In this document: positions 1 to 13,000 of the stretch, piece after piece
Layout: every line of letters starts with the position of its first letter
Position numbering within the stretch: the stretch's first letter is position 1
NCBI RefSeq assembly: GCF_006345805.1
Contig: NC_042999.1
Span: forward strand, 106,330,001 to 106,394,000
DNA length: 64,000 nt
Source: Octopus sinensis
Taxonomy: Eukaryota
Direction: 5' to 3'
Translations under genes and position numbers: made by a program
The notes under the pieces: model-generated
The model's database searches: none
What the model was told of the DNA's origin: nothing
What the model saw: the letters and a program-made list of their open reading frames with translations, nothing else

Positions 1-330
1 CGAATGAACAACCTCAGAATCTACGGATCCATACTATGAAATTACTAAACATGAATAACTATTGGAACTTACATACCATGTACAGGAAACTTTTTTACTT
101 CTTCTATACACCACTTCCCTCGAATAATGGAACTGTAACTACAATATATTTATATATTTTATATTTTATTTCTCTTATTTCCTTCTAGTCCCTATATCCT
201 CCTTTTTCATAATAATTCCTTATTTCGAACTGAAATATTTACTCCTATCTAATCATCTTACATCGTCTCTGATGAAGTGTTATGCATAATATCCCAGAAA
301 CAGCTGCAAGATTGTATCTATATCTTCTTC
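1..330 (+). mobile_element. 3' end of a probable Penelope-like element with degenerate hammerhead motif
   Basis: A short ORF tail (RMNNLRIYGSIL*) is followed by a pyrimidine-rich UTR and tct-CTGATGA...GAAACAGCTGCA-aga at 265-311, the layout of PLE pLTR hammerheads. It abuts a (CA)n/(TA)n array. Confidence 0.5.
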
Positions 331-384
331 CTGAAAACCCCTCACAGCCTTGGCTTTGTTATCTCATTTTGTCTAATATACACA

Positions 385-427
385 CACGCACACACACACA
401 CACAGACATACACACAAACACACACAC

Positions 428-512
<85 letters not shown>
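385..512. repeat. compound (CA)n-(TA)n microsatellite
   Basis: Direct reading; explains ORFs 277..627, 282..593, 342..590 and 359..727. Confidence 0.95.
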
Positions 513-516
<4 letters not shown>

Positions 517-517
517 A

Positions 518-697
518 GGGAAGGCTTGGATGGAGATCCAACCTTCCTAGTTCTTTTACAGGGATTAGAAAAACTGAAGGACCGCTGCAATAACTGTGTG
601 AATCTGAGAGGGAAATATGTTCAATGAAGTCATAATTAACTAATCTTCCTACATTTTCTTTTACCCAAAGCGAGGAACTTTTCAGCCCTGCCACTCG
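518..697 (+). mobile_element. mariner transposon 3' fragment
   Basis: Encodes GLEKLKDRCNNCVNLRGKYVQ*, which matches the mariner transposase C-terminus (GIxKLxxRWxKCxxxxGxY). It ends in a TIR-like ...ccactcg|ta. Confidence 0.7.
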
Positions 698-1324
698 TAC
701 TGTCAGGCATGAATGCTCTGATGACAAGACTGCAGGTCAGGTATAACCGACATTACAGCGACACATTTGTAATGACGATCACAGCTGACCTGCACTCTCC
801 TCAGCAGAATATTAATTTCGATCTCACTTCTCCCTGCTGAGGAGAGTGTAGGCAGAAGTGATAGTGACACTTGAGCGACACCAAATGTATTAAAAAGGAG
901 AATATTTTGGACCGTGAGGCTGGGTAGGAAACTCTTTGGAGGGACTTGAGGGGAGGGTCAATGTGAATACCATATGGACCAGTGATGCGTATGCGTGTGT
1001 ATCTGTTGTTTGTGTGTGATGCATGTGTATATGTGTGCTTGCTTATATGTGTGTGTGTGCGAAAACATATGCGTTAATGCCTGCTGCATACTCGTGTGTG
1101 CACGTACGTATTTATTATGCATGTATGATGGTATGCACACACATGAAAAAATGCTTCTCTCCTGACAGCTTTGGCTGAAAACATTCTCTTCTCATTTACA
1201 GTTGGGTCACATATAACCACCTTTCAATCTCCACTTTTGCGAATATTTCCTCTTTCTATTACCAACCATTGTTCGCACCCATGGCAAATTTGTCACTAAG
1301 CCAATGTATATATGTCAATGTATG

Positions 1325-1515
1325 CGTCTGTGTGCGTGTGTCTTTGCGTCTGTGTTTTCCCCCACCCATCACCGATTGACAACCGGTGCTAGTGTGTTTA
1401 CATACCCGGAAATTAGCAAAAGGGACCGATAGTATAAGTCTCAGGCTTTAAAAAAGAAAACGTACTCGAATTCATTCGTTCGACTAAAATCCTTCAAAGC
1501 TTGGCCGAAACAAGG
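1325..1515 (+). mobile_element. Octopus-type SINE (family A), 3' half
   Basis: gattgacaaccggtgctagtgtgtttac...gaccgatagtataag...ttcgactaaaatccttcaa; the same core is seen at 39385-39776 and 62016-62410. Confidence 0.75.
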
Positions 1516-2128
1516 CTGCATTCTATTGACTGTAGCAAGCAAAAGATAAAAAATAATTCTTAGTGTTCTTCTTTTGAAAGAGGTATTTTTAAATTTGTCG
1601 GAGTAACACTTCCTCAGATTAGCATTAATTTAGTTCTCGTTACATTGCATACTGAATATGTAGTTTGTGGTGTTGATTGTATATAGAGAAATAACAATAA
1701 TTTTTACAAAAATAATGAAAATAATGACATTGATAATAATAGAAACAAAAATGAAACTAATAGTAGTGGTACAGGAGTCATTGATAAGAGAGAAAATACT
1801 AATAAATCACAAATGTAAGTGGTGGTGTTACAGATAAATATCAGAAAACCTACCTTCCGGGTGTTTTTATGTGTATTTGTTTAGTAGTTTCTAAATAGTA
1901 ATTATACATTTCATTCCCAATATGTGTAATCTTGTGTGTTACGTCTAATCTTTTTTTTTAAATTCTATATTAGTCATATTTAACTCACTCAGTAAATAAA
2001 TTTTAGATGATAGCAAGCACTCAAAGATAGCGCTGGAATTTATGAAAAAATCTGGTAATATTTTGACTTGATTTACCAACGTAAGATTTTTGACTTTCTC
2101 GTATATACATACATACACACACACACAC

Positions 2129-2162
<34 letters not shown>

Positions 2163-2459
2163 CATATCAACAGATATTGTATGCGTGGCAGATATTTAGG
2201 CAACACTTATATTTCCTCAAAATATAGAGAGACGTTACAAAAAACCAGAGTAATATAATAATGTCACAATGATTTAAAATTTCTTTTGTGTATTCAAATC
2301 TTCAATAACCAAAGAAGCTTCAAAGCCAGATTTTGATGAAAGAAAACCATATTATAATTGGATGCTATAACAACTTTCTCGTCTGTGTAGACATAATTGC
2401 TTATTCCAGGGAAAGCTACATAATCTTAACTAACTAATAACCGGCTTTCTTTATTATAG

Positions 2460-2505
2460 TTGCGACAGTATCAGTGAAGGAGCCAATATAGCAATTAGTC
2501 AGAAG
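2460..2505 (+). CDS. candidate internal exon (x)CDSISEGANIAISQK
   Basis: ctttctttattatAG acceptor with upstream CTAAC, and AAG|GTAAAC donor. Only one frame is open. No homolog recognised. Confidence 0.3.
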
Positions 2506-2640
2506 GTAAACTGTCACCTAATCTCTCTGGCTGAATAACTTGCCTTCCCACAGACACATAGGTCACATTCAATCCCTTTTCTAACTCTCTCTTTACAGTA
2601 TTTCGCTCTTCCAACTATAACATACTAACTAATTTTCCAG

Positions 2641-2675
2641 CCCAAAGTAAAAAAAAAATTGCTACACCATTGATG
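2641..2675 (+). other. candidate 35-nt micro-exon
   Basis: TACTAAC branch point at 2623-2629, ttttccAG acceptor, and ATG|GTAAGT donor. Coding frame is uncertain because of an A10 run. Confidence 0.3.
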
Positions 2676-2789
2676 GTAAGTTTGTCATTGATCCAGTCAC
2701 AATGTATGCAAAATAACATGCATATTGAAGATTTCAATATGCATATAGATTTTAATCCGTTGTACAGCATCTACAATGCCTAAAATGTT

Positions 2790-2952
2790 AGGGGAAATGG
2801 GTCGTTGATTATATCGGTCCTGTGCTCAGCTGGTACTATTTTACCAACACCGAAATTTTGAAGGGGAAAGTAAATTTCAGTGGAATTGGAAAGCAGAACG
2901 TAAAGCCAGAACTACCTCGAAGCATTTCATGCTTGCTAACGATCCTTCCAGT
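2790..2952 (-). mobile_element. tRNA-derived SINE (family C), degenerate
   Basis: Similar to copies at 47530-47720 and 51700-52325 (gtcgattacatcgacc...gaaagtaaa...cagaacgtaaag...gctaacgat). Confidence 0.6.
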
Positions 2953-3682
2953 GCTAACATTATAATGATAATGTTAGTAATAATTTTAAAAGATTGATGT
3001 AACCTTCATGATAAATACGCATAGCATCGCGCTCTTCTAATTATGTAATATAAAGATAAAGATAAAAATAAAAATAAATAAAATTGAGAATAAGAATTTA
3101 AAATATCTAAAAGGAGTAATACCAACTATATATTCCACGCACAATGCCAAAATGCACGACGTAATGCTAATCTGATTAAGCGTCGGTCCGATATTTTCAT
3201 TTTCACATATTGAGTAATTCTTCACTCGAAATCATTTACATATAATGTGATTAGAAACGGAATGGAGCAGAAAGAACTGTAATGAGTAGTGAAGTTATGG
3301 TAAATTCATTCTTCATGTTCTTCCTTATCTTATATGGTAATCTTTCACATACTTATGCCCTGGATTTAACCAGTGATGTACATGCAATTTCTGTACCAAT
3401 GGCCTAGCGAAAATGTTTTAACTCATAGTATGAGGTTGTACAAAACCGGGTCTTCGTGTTAAGTGGAAGACAGCGTGTTTATACGCAATTGAGACTTACA
3501 GAGTTCCAATGTGTGCGTGTACACTTGCGTCGGAAATTAATTAGCACTTCTCAAATTTCTACATTTTCTTACATTTTCTTAATTTAATTAACTTATTATC
3601 AGAAACGAACTCGTTTTTAATCAAAAATTTATTAAAACATATCCCAGCACACCACATAATTGTTATTAATCGTGAAATTTAG

Positions 3683-4637
3683 TCAATATCTTGTTGCTCC
3701 TCCTTTGGCAGCAATGACAGCTGCTACGCAGGTCGGCATGCTGTCTATGAGTGTCTGCAGGTACTGTGCAGGGATGGCCCTCCATGCAGCAAGAAGTGCC
3801 CCAAACAGCTCGTGTCGGTTCCTGTATTGCTGCACATTCAAATCCCTACCCAATCGACTCCAGAGGTTCTCAATAGGGTTCAGGTCAGGTGACTGGCCAG
3901 GCCAGTCCATGACCGTCACCCCATGGTCCTTGAAGAAACCGGTTGTGAGCTTGGCTGTGTGGGAAGGCGCGTTGTCCTGCTGGAGCACGTACTCCTCGCC
4001 ACCAAAGAGGTATCCCGTACTATCTCAACGTACTTTGCTGCGTTGATGTTGCCTTCGACGGCATAGAGCCGCCCAACACCACTGTAGCTGAACGCCCCTC
4101 ACACCATCAGACCACCCCCACCATGCTTGATGGTGGGAGAAATGCAGTCTTTGTTGAAGCGCTCACCCCTGCAGCGTCGCACATGGTCAGGCTTGTCACT
4201 GACGAGACTGAATCGCGACTCGTCAGTGAACATCACTGTCTGCCACTGCTGCACGGTCCATGTCTTGTGAGCACGGGCCCAGAGCAGCCGCCTCTTCCGG
4301 TTTTGGGCTGTAAGGAGCGGCTTCCAGTAATGGTGGTTGTAGACAACTGCTTCCCTGTCATCTTTTGCATCTCCTCCGCCAGTTGCCGGCTCGTTGCCCT
4401 TCGGTTGTACAGTGACTTTCGGATCAGCATCCGGTCCTCCTGCTGGGTCGTCAGCCTCTTCCGTCCCCTACCCTTTTTGTCAGCTGCTGATCTGGTTTCC
4501 TCGTATTTCTTAAATAAGCACTGAATTGTGCGCCTGGCTACACCAAGTTTTCTGGCTATTGCAGCCTCCGACAGCTTCCCACGCCACGAGAGAGCCTCGT
4601 ACCGTCTCTCCAAGGTCATGCGAGGTCCTGGGCCCAT
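3683..4637 (-). pseudogene. Tc1 transposase (DD34E), frameshifted
   Basis: N-terminal HTH (AAIARKLGVARRTIQ, GRGRKRLTTQQEDR), a VxDES-like motif, and QDNAPSH...WPGQSPDLNPIENLW with 34 residues between D and E. Split over ORFs 4233..4637 and 3683..3988. Confidence 0.92.
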
Positions 4638-4796
4638 CTAGGAATGAAGGATAAAAACCAGTTATTTTCATTAAAACTATTCATTTGAATAATGTTATGC
4701 TATAACAAAACTGCTATGAGTTATTATTCATTAAACAAAAAAGAAAGAAAGCAGAATTTCTCACCTTATTTGATGTATAACAGAAAGTTTTGGGAA

Positions 4797-4811
4797 CCGG
4801 AAGTGACGTCA
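4797..4811. promoter_or_regulatory. overlapping ETS/CRE composite motif inside the Tc1 5' region
   Basis: CCGGAAGTGACGTCA read directly, about 160 nt upstream of the transposase ATG. Confidence 0.45.
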
Positions 4812-6949
4812 TCAAGCAGAGTGTAGGAGAATTTGTGAGGAAAAAAATATTGCAAATACACAAATCAATTAACCTACGAGCTGTTCAAAACGTCTTACGC
4901 GATGAGAAAACTTAGTACGGTGTGATTTCGGTCCTTGCGAGGCGCTACCTATATCTATTAAACAAAGGAAGATTTGTCTTCATCCGCACTCCAAGTTGTT
5001 GTTGCACTGCTATGTCCACATCATTAGGCTGTAGACTCTCAAACTGCTCTGCAAACAAAGTTACGTCATCGTTCTGCACAACAGTGAACTCACAACAAAG
5101 CAATAGTTCGAGATATGGCCACTAGGTGACAGCAAATACCTTGAGTGAAGAGCAAATCAAGGGTGCTAATTAATTTCTGACGGTAGTGTATGTGTGTGTT
5201 TGTGTGTGTGTGTGCTTGTGTTTGTATGTGTATGCGTGTGTAGCAAGCATTCTAAATACCTCAATTTCTAGTCTCATTTTACTCCCAATCTTTGAAAATA
5301 GTATACATACATAATATTTATTACAAAATGAATGAAGTTAGGCTTGATACCAAACGACAATTACCAGGAGAAAAAAACTACGATAGCCTACTAATATTGC
5401 AGTCCTATAGATCGAACCATTAAGTACCAGTCATATACTGGGGCATTAATGCTACAATATTTCATCTCTATGAAATTCCTGCATTTTCAATGAGAATGCG
5501 TTATTAGGATCAATATCAAAATATCCACAGCGAGTATGTATTTTCTAATAACGTTTATTCGCACGATATATTTGAAACTCTTATTTGTACCAATATCTAT
5601 TGCACATAAATTGAAATATGTAATTTATGTATTTTTCACATTTATCTAATCTTACACGGATGCAACTAGTTACGTTTGCTTCTATGGTTGTACATTTGTA
5701 TATAAATGTGTGTATTTGCATGCTTGTATGTACGTGCGTGTGTGCGCGTGTGTGTATGTATGTGTGTGTGTGCACCCACCTCATGTATTTTATGTATAAT
5801 CATGCTAGTATTATTAGTAGAAGCGCTTAATGCTCATAAGTTTAAGAAATATTTTTAAGAGAAAATGTTTGTATGCATGTGTTCGTATATACACGTATGT
5901 GTGTCTCTAGACAAAAGATTATAAACTGATATTAGGTTTTTAAAATAGAATAAAACTCAATGCTATTTCCAATTAAAACAAAGCACTTTTTATTGGTTTG
6001 TAACGAAATAACGAAAGGTTTTAGCACATTCTAGCTCAACAACTCTATCGCTCAAAGTTTAATTATAGTATTAACCTTGCCTGATTTTATTTATTGGAAT
6101 CGCCGTTTAGGTTCAGTGAGACCTATGAGATTTATGAGACCTATGCAAACGTATTAAGGCCATCCGTTTATTTAATAATGATTCACAAATATTTCTTGCA
6201 GGAAAATATAAAGGTATTCTACTATGTAAATATCTACATATATGAAATGTTCAAATACTGAAACTGAAAATGTAATAATTGTCCATTTGTTCATTATAAA
6301 TTAACTCTGTTGTCTGACGCCTACCAAGTGTGCTTAGGGAATTTGTTCTCTTCTTAATATAGACATTTATTTGCACTTTTATATTATGGAAGCGCGAAGT
6401 GTCATACACATGCGCATACATAGTCACACACGAAAATGCATATACTCAGTAACATGTGTGTGTATGTGCGCGTGTGTTTATGTTTGTCTGTGTTTGCATG
6501 CGCGCGCATGTGCATGCGAGTGTGCATTGGATAGAGCGGCACGTGGAATTTATTTCGAACCTCTGCACACTTAGAGCACATTGCGCCAAGCTCATCCACG
6601 TCTTCTATTCTTCTACTATCGATAACAGAGAAACAAATAAGTGCTATAAGTGAAAAAATTAGTATTAAATAAATAATGCTTCAGATTGATAACAACTTCT
6701 GTAAATTCATAACTCATAGCGCACAATAAGTTTCTCACCCACAAAGAAAATCAGATACTTATCTTGGATGTATATTTTATGAAAAAACTGCTGTAATATT
6801 TTCCATGATGAATGCACCCTTATAAAGAAGGCAAGGGATTTTTATATGAATAGAAGGGATGCTGCACTGGCCCTATACATGTAAACATTAATTACTGATC
6901 AGCGTAGTAATACATAGGCATACATACATACATACATACATACATACAA

Positions 6950-6984
<35 letters not shown>

Positions 6985-7914
6985 TATATACGGTTAGGTG
7001 TATGTAAAAACCTTAAAAGAGTGTAAATCATTAAGGTAAAGCTTGCGGCAGAATCTTCAACTTGTGGTTTCTGGAAGTATTAAGTAAGAGTAAAGTCATA
7101 CCAATAATACATGACAAAACGTTATGCAGACACAAAAGAAAAAAATATGGTAAGTAATGCAAATCATTTACGCATTGCAAAATCTATATTCAGTGATGAT
7201 ACTCTCCTAGTCTGTTCACTTCTAGGTAGTTTTAACAACATCGAATAAAATGCTACTGTAAGCTGAACATTGAATTATATGAAAGGACAATAATACGTGT
7301 TGTGAAAATTTATCTCTGAAGATACTGACCGCAAGCAACAATCAATTGAAAGTTCCTATAGCTAAGAGTAAAAGATTTCAGTAGAGAGACTTAAATAAAA
7401 GTCGATTTACAATAATCTTCTAGAGAAGCCTGCGTGTAGGACGATTAATAAAGGAACTCATGATCGGTGAAGAAAGCAGAGTAATTAAACCAAGGAAGGA
7501 TTATTAATATTTAGTAAATAACAAGAGACATTTAAACTCATACAGACAGAACATAATTATCGAACGTTGACTAACGGATATTTCAAACTGATTGTATAAT
7601 ATATAACTGATCTTGTTGGATAAATGGTAAAATGAAACAGTTTAAGTAAGGTGTGTCAACAACAATAGAAAGACATTTTATAATTAACATGAAACAAATT
7701 CATGGATTTTAAAAAGATATATTGATAGAGTAGCCAATTATTTCACCTTAGCCCCCACGTTTTGCCTGATTAGGGCAGCTACGATTGAATTATATATATA
7801 TATACTAACAATATGGGATGAAGTCCCTTTCTCTACGGAACAGAATTCCATCAAGAAGCGTGACAGTATATTAAAAAACCTTTACGGTTAAAATTATAAA
7901 CATCTTATAAGCAA

Positions 7915-8175
7915 GGGCTAAAGAAGATTATTCTAAAGCCAATATACTGATTATCCACTTATAATCCACTTGTTACAGGAAAATTGAACGGAAATCGGGA
8001 AACTAACCGTTAGAAAATTTTAATTTCGTTATCTCCTGATATTGATTCAATATAGAGATAACGAAATTTAAATTTTCTAACGGTTAGTTGCCCGATTTCA
8101 GTTTAATTTTCCTGTAACAAGTGGATTATAAGTGGATAATCAGTATATTGGCTTTAGAATAATCTTCTTTAGCCC
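7915..8175. repeat. about 260-bp near-perfect palindrome (fold-back)
   Basis: gggctaaagaagattattctaaagcc...gttatctc / gagataac...ggctttagaataatcttctttagccc, with central atattga-t-tcaatat. Followed by (TA)n. Confidence 0.92.
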
Positions 8176-8197
8176 TATATATATATGTATATATATA

Positions 8198-8244
<47 letters not shown>

Positions 8245-8247
<3 letters not shown>

Positions 8248-8500
8248 GAGATTCAATTGAATTAGGTGCTTAATTTGAAGCACCAAGTCAGTCCGGTATT
8301 ATCCATACAGTTAGAAGGTGAATAAAATCAAAATAAGCAACAGGATATTTAGTAGTGATCCTGTATGACCGTTTCAAGCGGCTCCATTTAATTAAACAAT
8401 GCAATCATTGCATCAATTTAAATACAGCGCCTTCTTCAGATGCAAAAATAAATAAACAGAATTTTAACTAGTAGGACACATTAATATAATTTTTCTAACA
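8245..8500 (-). mobile_element. probable PLE terminal fragment with hammerhead-like motif
   Basis: Minus strand reads gcat-CTGAAGA-[long stem II]-GAAACGGTC-atac at 8443-8363, next to (TA)n. Confidence 0.4.
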
Positions 8501-9399
8501 TATTTTAGCAAAGCAGGGATGAAATTAATGTTATTGCTATTGTAGCTAAGAAAAGACTACACTTCCAAGAATCGCAGGAAGCCTATTGGGGTCATGGTGT
8601 TGTAAGGGATGGAATTCATTTCTTGTTCATTTATCTATTTATCAACTACTAAATCTAAGACTAGAAGACTGTGTATATTTTGAATAAAGACCAAGAGTGA
8701 GTTGACAGCTCATGGCTGGGTATGGTCATAAATATAAGTAACTGCCTATAAAACGAGTCTGGGTAGGGGAAGACTTTAAAACATGATATTAATTACCAGT
8801 TAAAGTGGCAAGATGCTAAGAAACCTACGATATTAATATAGAGGAAATTTTATTTTGGGGCGCTATGGGCTATTGTTTATAAACAGTATTTTTATGTTGA
8901 ATAAAAATGAAATATAAAATTTTCAAAAATGATATCATAACCAATATATGTAAAATGTGTGTATATATCAATTATAAACGTTAAAAAGGAAAGTTTACAA
9001 GGAATAAGTTTAATATTCAATCATGTACTTAATTAATGATGCATACAGATACATATACATTTAGATATGTGCATATATGCATACATACTCAAACATTCAA
9101 AGGTAATAATTATTATTAAAATTATAATGTAGGGTACCTAAGAGATACCACCACACTTGAAATAGCAGTCCAAAATTAACTCTAAAACCACATTAAATGT
9201 TCATACACCACCAGGAGAGAAGACAAAGAGACAAAATAAACTAGCAAAAAAAATTACTTGTTAATTCCAGATCTCGGATTTCTGGCTTTGCATAAGAAAT
9301 GCTCTGCTTTCACCAGTGGAATATGCTCAGATAGCACACACACACTTATATATATGTATATATATATATATATATACACACACACAGGGATCAAGGTAT

Positions 9400-9600
9400 C
9401 AAAGGTGTTTTGCTAAGCTGTAGGCTCATAAGGTTTGTTTCCCAGATTCTGTAGCATGTGTATTCCTCCACTGAACGGGACGCCGACCCAATTCATGATT
9501 ACTCATTTTTTAAAGTTGAGATAATTGAGGCAACGTGAAATAAAGGGCTTTGCTCAAGGACACAGCACAACCCTGGATACAGGTATCGAAACTATATTCT
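9400..9600 (-). mobile_element. degenerate SINE
   Basis: gtgaaataaagggctttgctcaaggacacagcacaacc...atcgaaac, a typical SINE central domain and reversed B-box. Confidence 0.5.
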
Positions 9601-10486
9601 TACAATGATAAATGGGAGATCCTAACCAGTAAGACACTCACCTTTACATATTTTTACATACAATACATAAACACACACACACACACACATGTACATCCCG
9701 ATCAGATTTGTTTTTGTGAAAATCGTCACCACACATCCATATGATTTCATTTTTAAACTCATTAACTTTTGTAGGAATTTCTCAAACGGTAAATGTGAGA
9801 ATGCATTTCACATGATGTTTGCATATTGGGTTTGGAAAAGTCACGAAACGTGCGCACAAATAAATAAGGAACAAGAGCAGATTTTGAGTCATCAACTATC
9901 TGTCTCATGGAATGTAAAGTTTGGGAGTTTAAACCAAGCTCATCTTGATCTCAGACTACGTCTGAAGAAGAGACAATGACAAATCCAGTAAATATATTTA
10001 CTAGTATGATACAGACGCCATAAATAGACATGAAGTAAAGTTGAAAGCTTTGACGTATCACAGACAGGATGCGGAAACAAAAATGAAGAATAGAATAGTG
10101 TGTCTAAGACTAAAACAATAGAGAAAATGCTATATACATAAAACTATTAACGATTAGATTAATGCAAAAAACAAGAAACAAATTGCGTGTCTGACGACGG
10201 AATAGGGCGTTATGTGAAGACGGGCAATATTGGGTCGCATATTCTGTTGAAGATATACATTTTTAACAACCTACTAGATATTCAGGAAATTGTGGCATTC
10301 TATAAATGATTCTGTGTCTGGGCTGAGATAATTCAAGGCTTTGTTAATGTTATTCAACATGAATTCATTCAGCAGCACATTTGTCATATATACATTTTAC
10401 AAACGCGTGTGTAGATCAATACACACACACATATAATTATATAAACACACACACACACACACGAACACACACACAAACACACACAA

Positions 10487-10521
<35 letters not shown>

Positions 10522-10642
10522 GGTCGATAGACAGATAGGTGATAGATAGATAGATATACATATATATATAAATATATATATACGTAATATAGAAACACAT
10601 ATATAAATACACACATGTATATATATATATATTATATATATA

Positions 10643-10722
<80 letters not shown>

Positions 10723-12941
10723 GGAGAGACCCAGTGATCAACCAAATTTTATAAAATTCACTCTACTCTCATTATTGATGTGTTGAATCTCAATAGGTTT
10801 CAATAACAGTAATTTACACACACATACTACCTACACACACATAGATACATAGATACATACATACATACATACATACATACACACATACATGCATACATAC
10901 ATACATGCATACATACAAACATACATAAAGAGAATATCTAGAAGCAGTATATAGGAGACAATGTCCATTTTGTTTTAAATATATTGACAATGTAGTCAGT
11001 TTTATCTGCCCTCTCATTCTCAAGCACTGTCACACATACATATATATACATACGAACATACGTGTTTGCTGGGAAAAACGTATTTTTATATTTGTATGTT
11101 TGTGTGTGTGTGTATTCTCCGAGAAAACATTAGCTCGTATTATTTATAACCAAACACAAGCTGTTATTAGAATCATTTAAATCTCTATGGAGCCAAAAGT
11201 CTGGCTTTGTAGCTCGGTAAAAAATAATGAAAACTGAAATGCCCTGTTTCCTGCTATTATAATAGTAGAAGTAGTGAATTTGTTGTTGAATTTTATGATG
11301 ATTATGAGAAAGTGAAGATGAAGACTAAAGAGATGTAGGAGAGGGATATCGATGATAAAATATAGGAGGAGGATGAACTCCATTTCAAAAGAATCGTTGT
11401 GTGTCAAATATTTACTAATACCATTGTTTCACTTGTATAACATTATCAATAGATCGATATGCCTAAGCAAAAAAAAACAAAAAAAAGAATTGCATCGCTT
11501 GTTTCAACAGTCTGTCTAGCTTAATGTAGTAGCTGTTGCTGGCCATTGCAGTGGTAGATGTGGTGGTGTTTTGCTGTTGTTGCTGTTGTTGCTGTTATTG
11601 ATGTTGTTGTTATTTTTTTGTGGTGGTGGTGGTGGTGGTTTGTTTTAGTCTTATCGTTGCATTTCCACCTCTGCCTTCTGAACTGGTCATCATCTTACTA
11701 TATATATATGCCTCACATCCTTTATCTGTCAATCTCACCAGCTTTTTGTACATCGGAATTTGCGAATTGTTCCCACTCCAAGCACAACTGTAGTATTTTC
11801 TCTACCGCTTTCACAAAACATTATCCTTTGTTGAGCCACGTTGCCTCTATCTCAACTAAACACACATAGACATAAGAAACTGTTTTAATACTGTATCCAG
11901 ACACAATAAACAATGCAATTAAATCAATGTAAAGTAACAATTATAAATGAGGACAAAACTAAAATAATAAATAATATAACTCATTAATGAACTAACTGAT
12001 TAAAAACAAAGTAAAAAAAATGACAATATTATCATACTTTAACTGATTACAATTATATACAAAAAAAACATAAAGCAATCACAAGGAAATCTTTGGAATA
12101 TTAATAATTTCATGTGTCGAATATACAATCCGCTTTTCATTTTTGTCCATATTTCTTCAACTCGTTATTTGTTCTTCAATGCTTTTTCGAGTTTTTTCTT
12201 TTGTTCATGCAAATAATAAAAAAAATAAAAAAACAGAAAATTTTCTGCAATTTGAATTTCCTTTGTTGTCTCAAAATTTTGTAGACATTTTCAATAATTG
12301 TGCCATACTTCTGGTTCAAATTATACAATTTATAATCACTAGCGTATGAAAAAAAAATACTCATTTTAGAAACAAACTACATTTTCCCTACAGTACCACA
12401 CAATTATTAAAATTATTTTATTAGTATTGTTACTGTTGCTGTTCATTTAAATATTGTTCTTGTTATTGTTGGTGTTCATCATTTTGTTTTCCTTGTCAAA
12501 ATAAAAGTAAAAACATACTTTGTACTGTCTTCTTTGAAAACTACTTTACAATAAATACTCTCAAAATGAAAATATGAAACAATTCATTTCAGAAGTTAGA
12601 AAATGTGTTTCCTCCATAGATTAATTTGTTTCAGTATTTTAGTGTTTTCTTTCTTTTTTAATGATTAACTTTCATGTGTCCATTTTATGTTTTCTTCTCT
12701 TATTTCTTCATCTATGTCCCTCATATTGGGGAAGCATCTTTAAATTCAAACATTTATCTCAATAGATGAAACTAAATAAAATATTACAAAATTTCACTTC
12801 ACTTTCATTTCAAAGCATATACATAACTGGCAAAGCTTTAGTAATCAATATTATAACTCAAGTAAACATTTGTATTTCTATCATTGCTGCATTTCATTTG
12901 ATATATTTTCTAAGTTAATTGTCCTCGCCTATGTATGTATG

Positions 12942-13000
<59 letters not shown>

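Larger units (their letters stand above)
3522..5188 (-). mobile_element. Tc1-family DNA transposon, full length (about 1.67 kb), TA target duplication
   Basis: About 26-bp TIRs (cacttgcgtcggaaattaattagcac / gtgctaattaatttctgacggtagtg), flanked by TA at 3520-21 and 5189-90, with a transposase inside. Confidence 0.95.
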
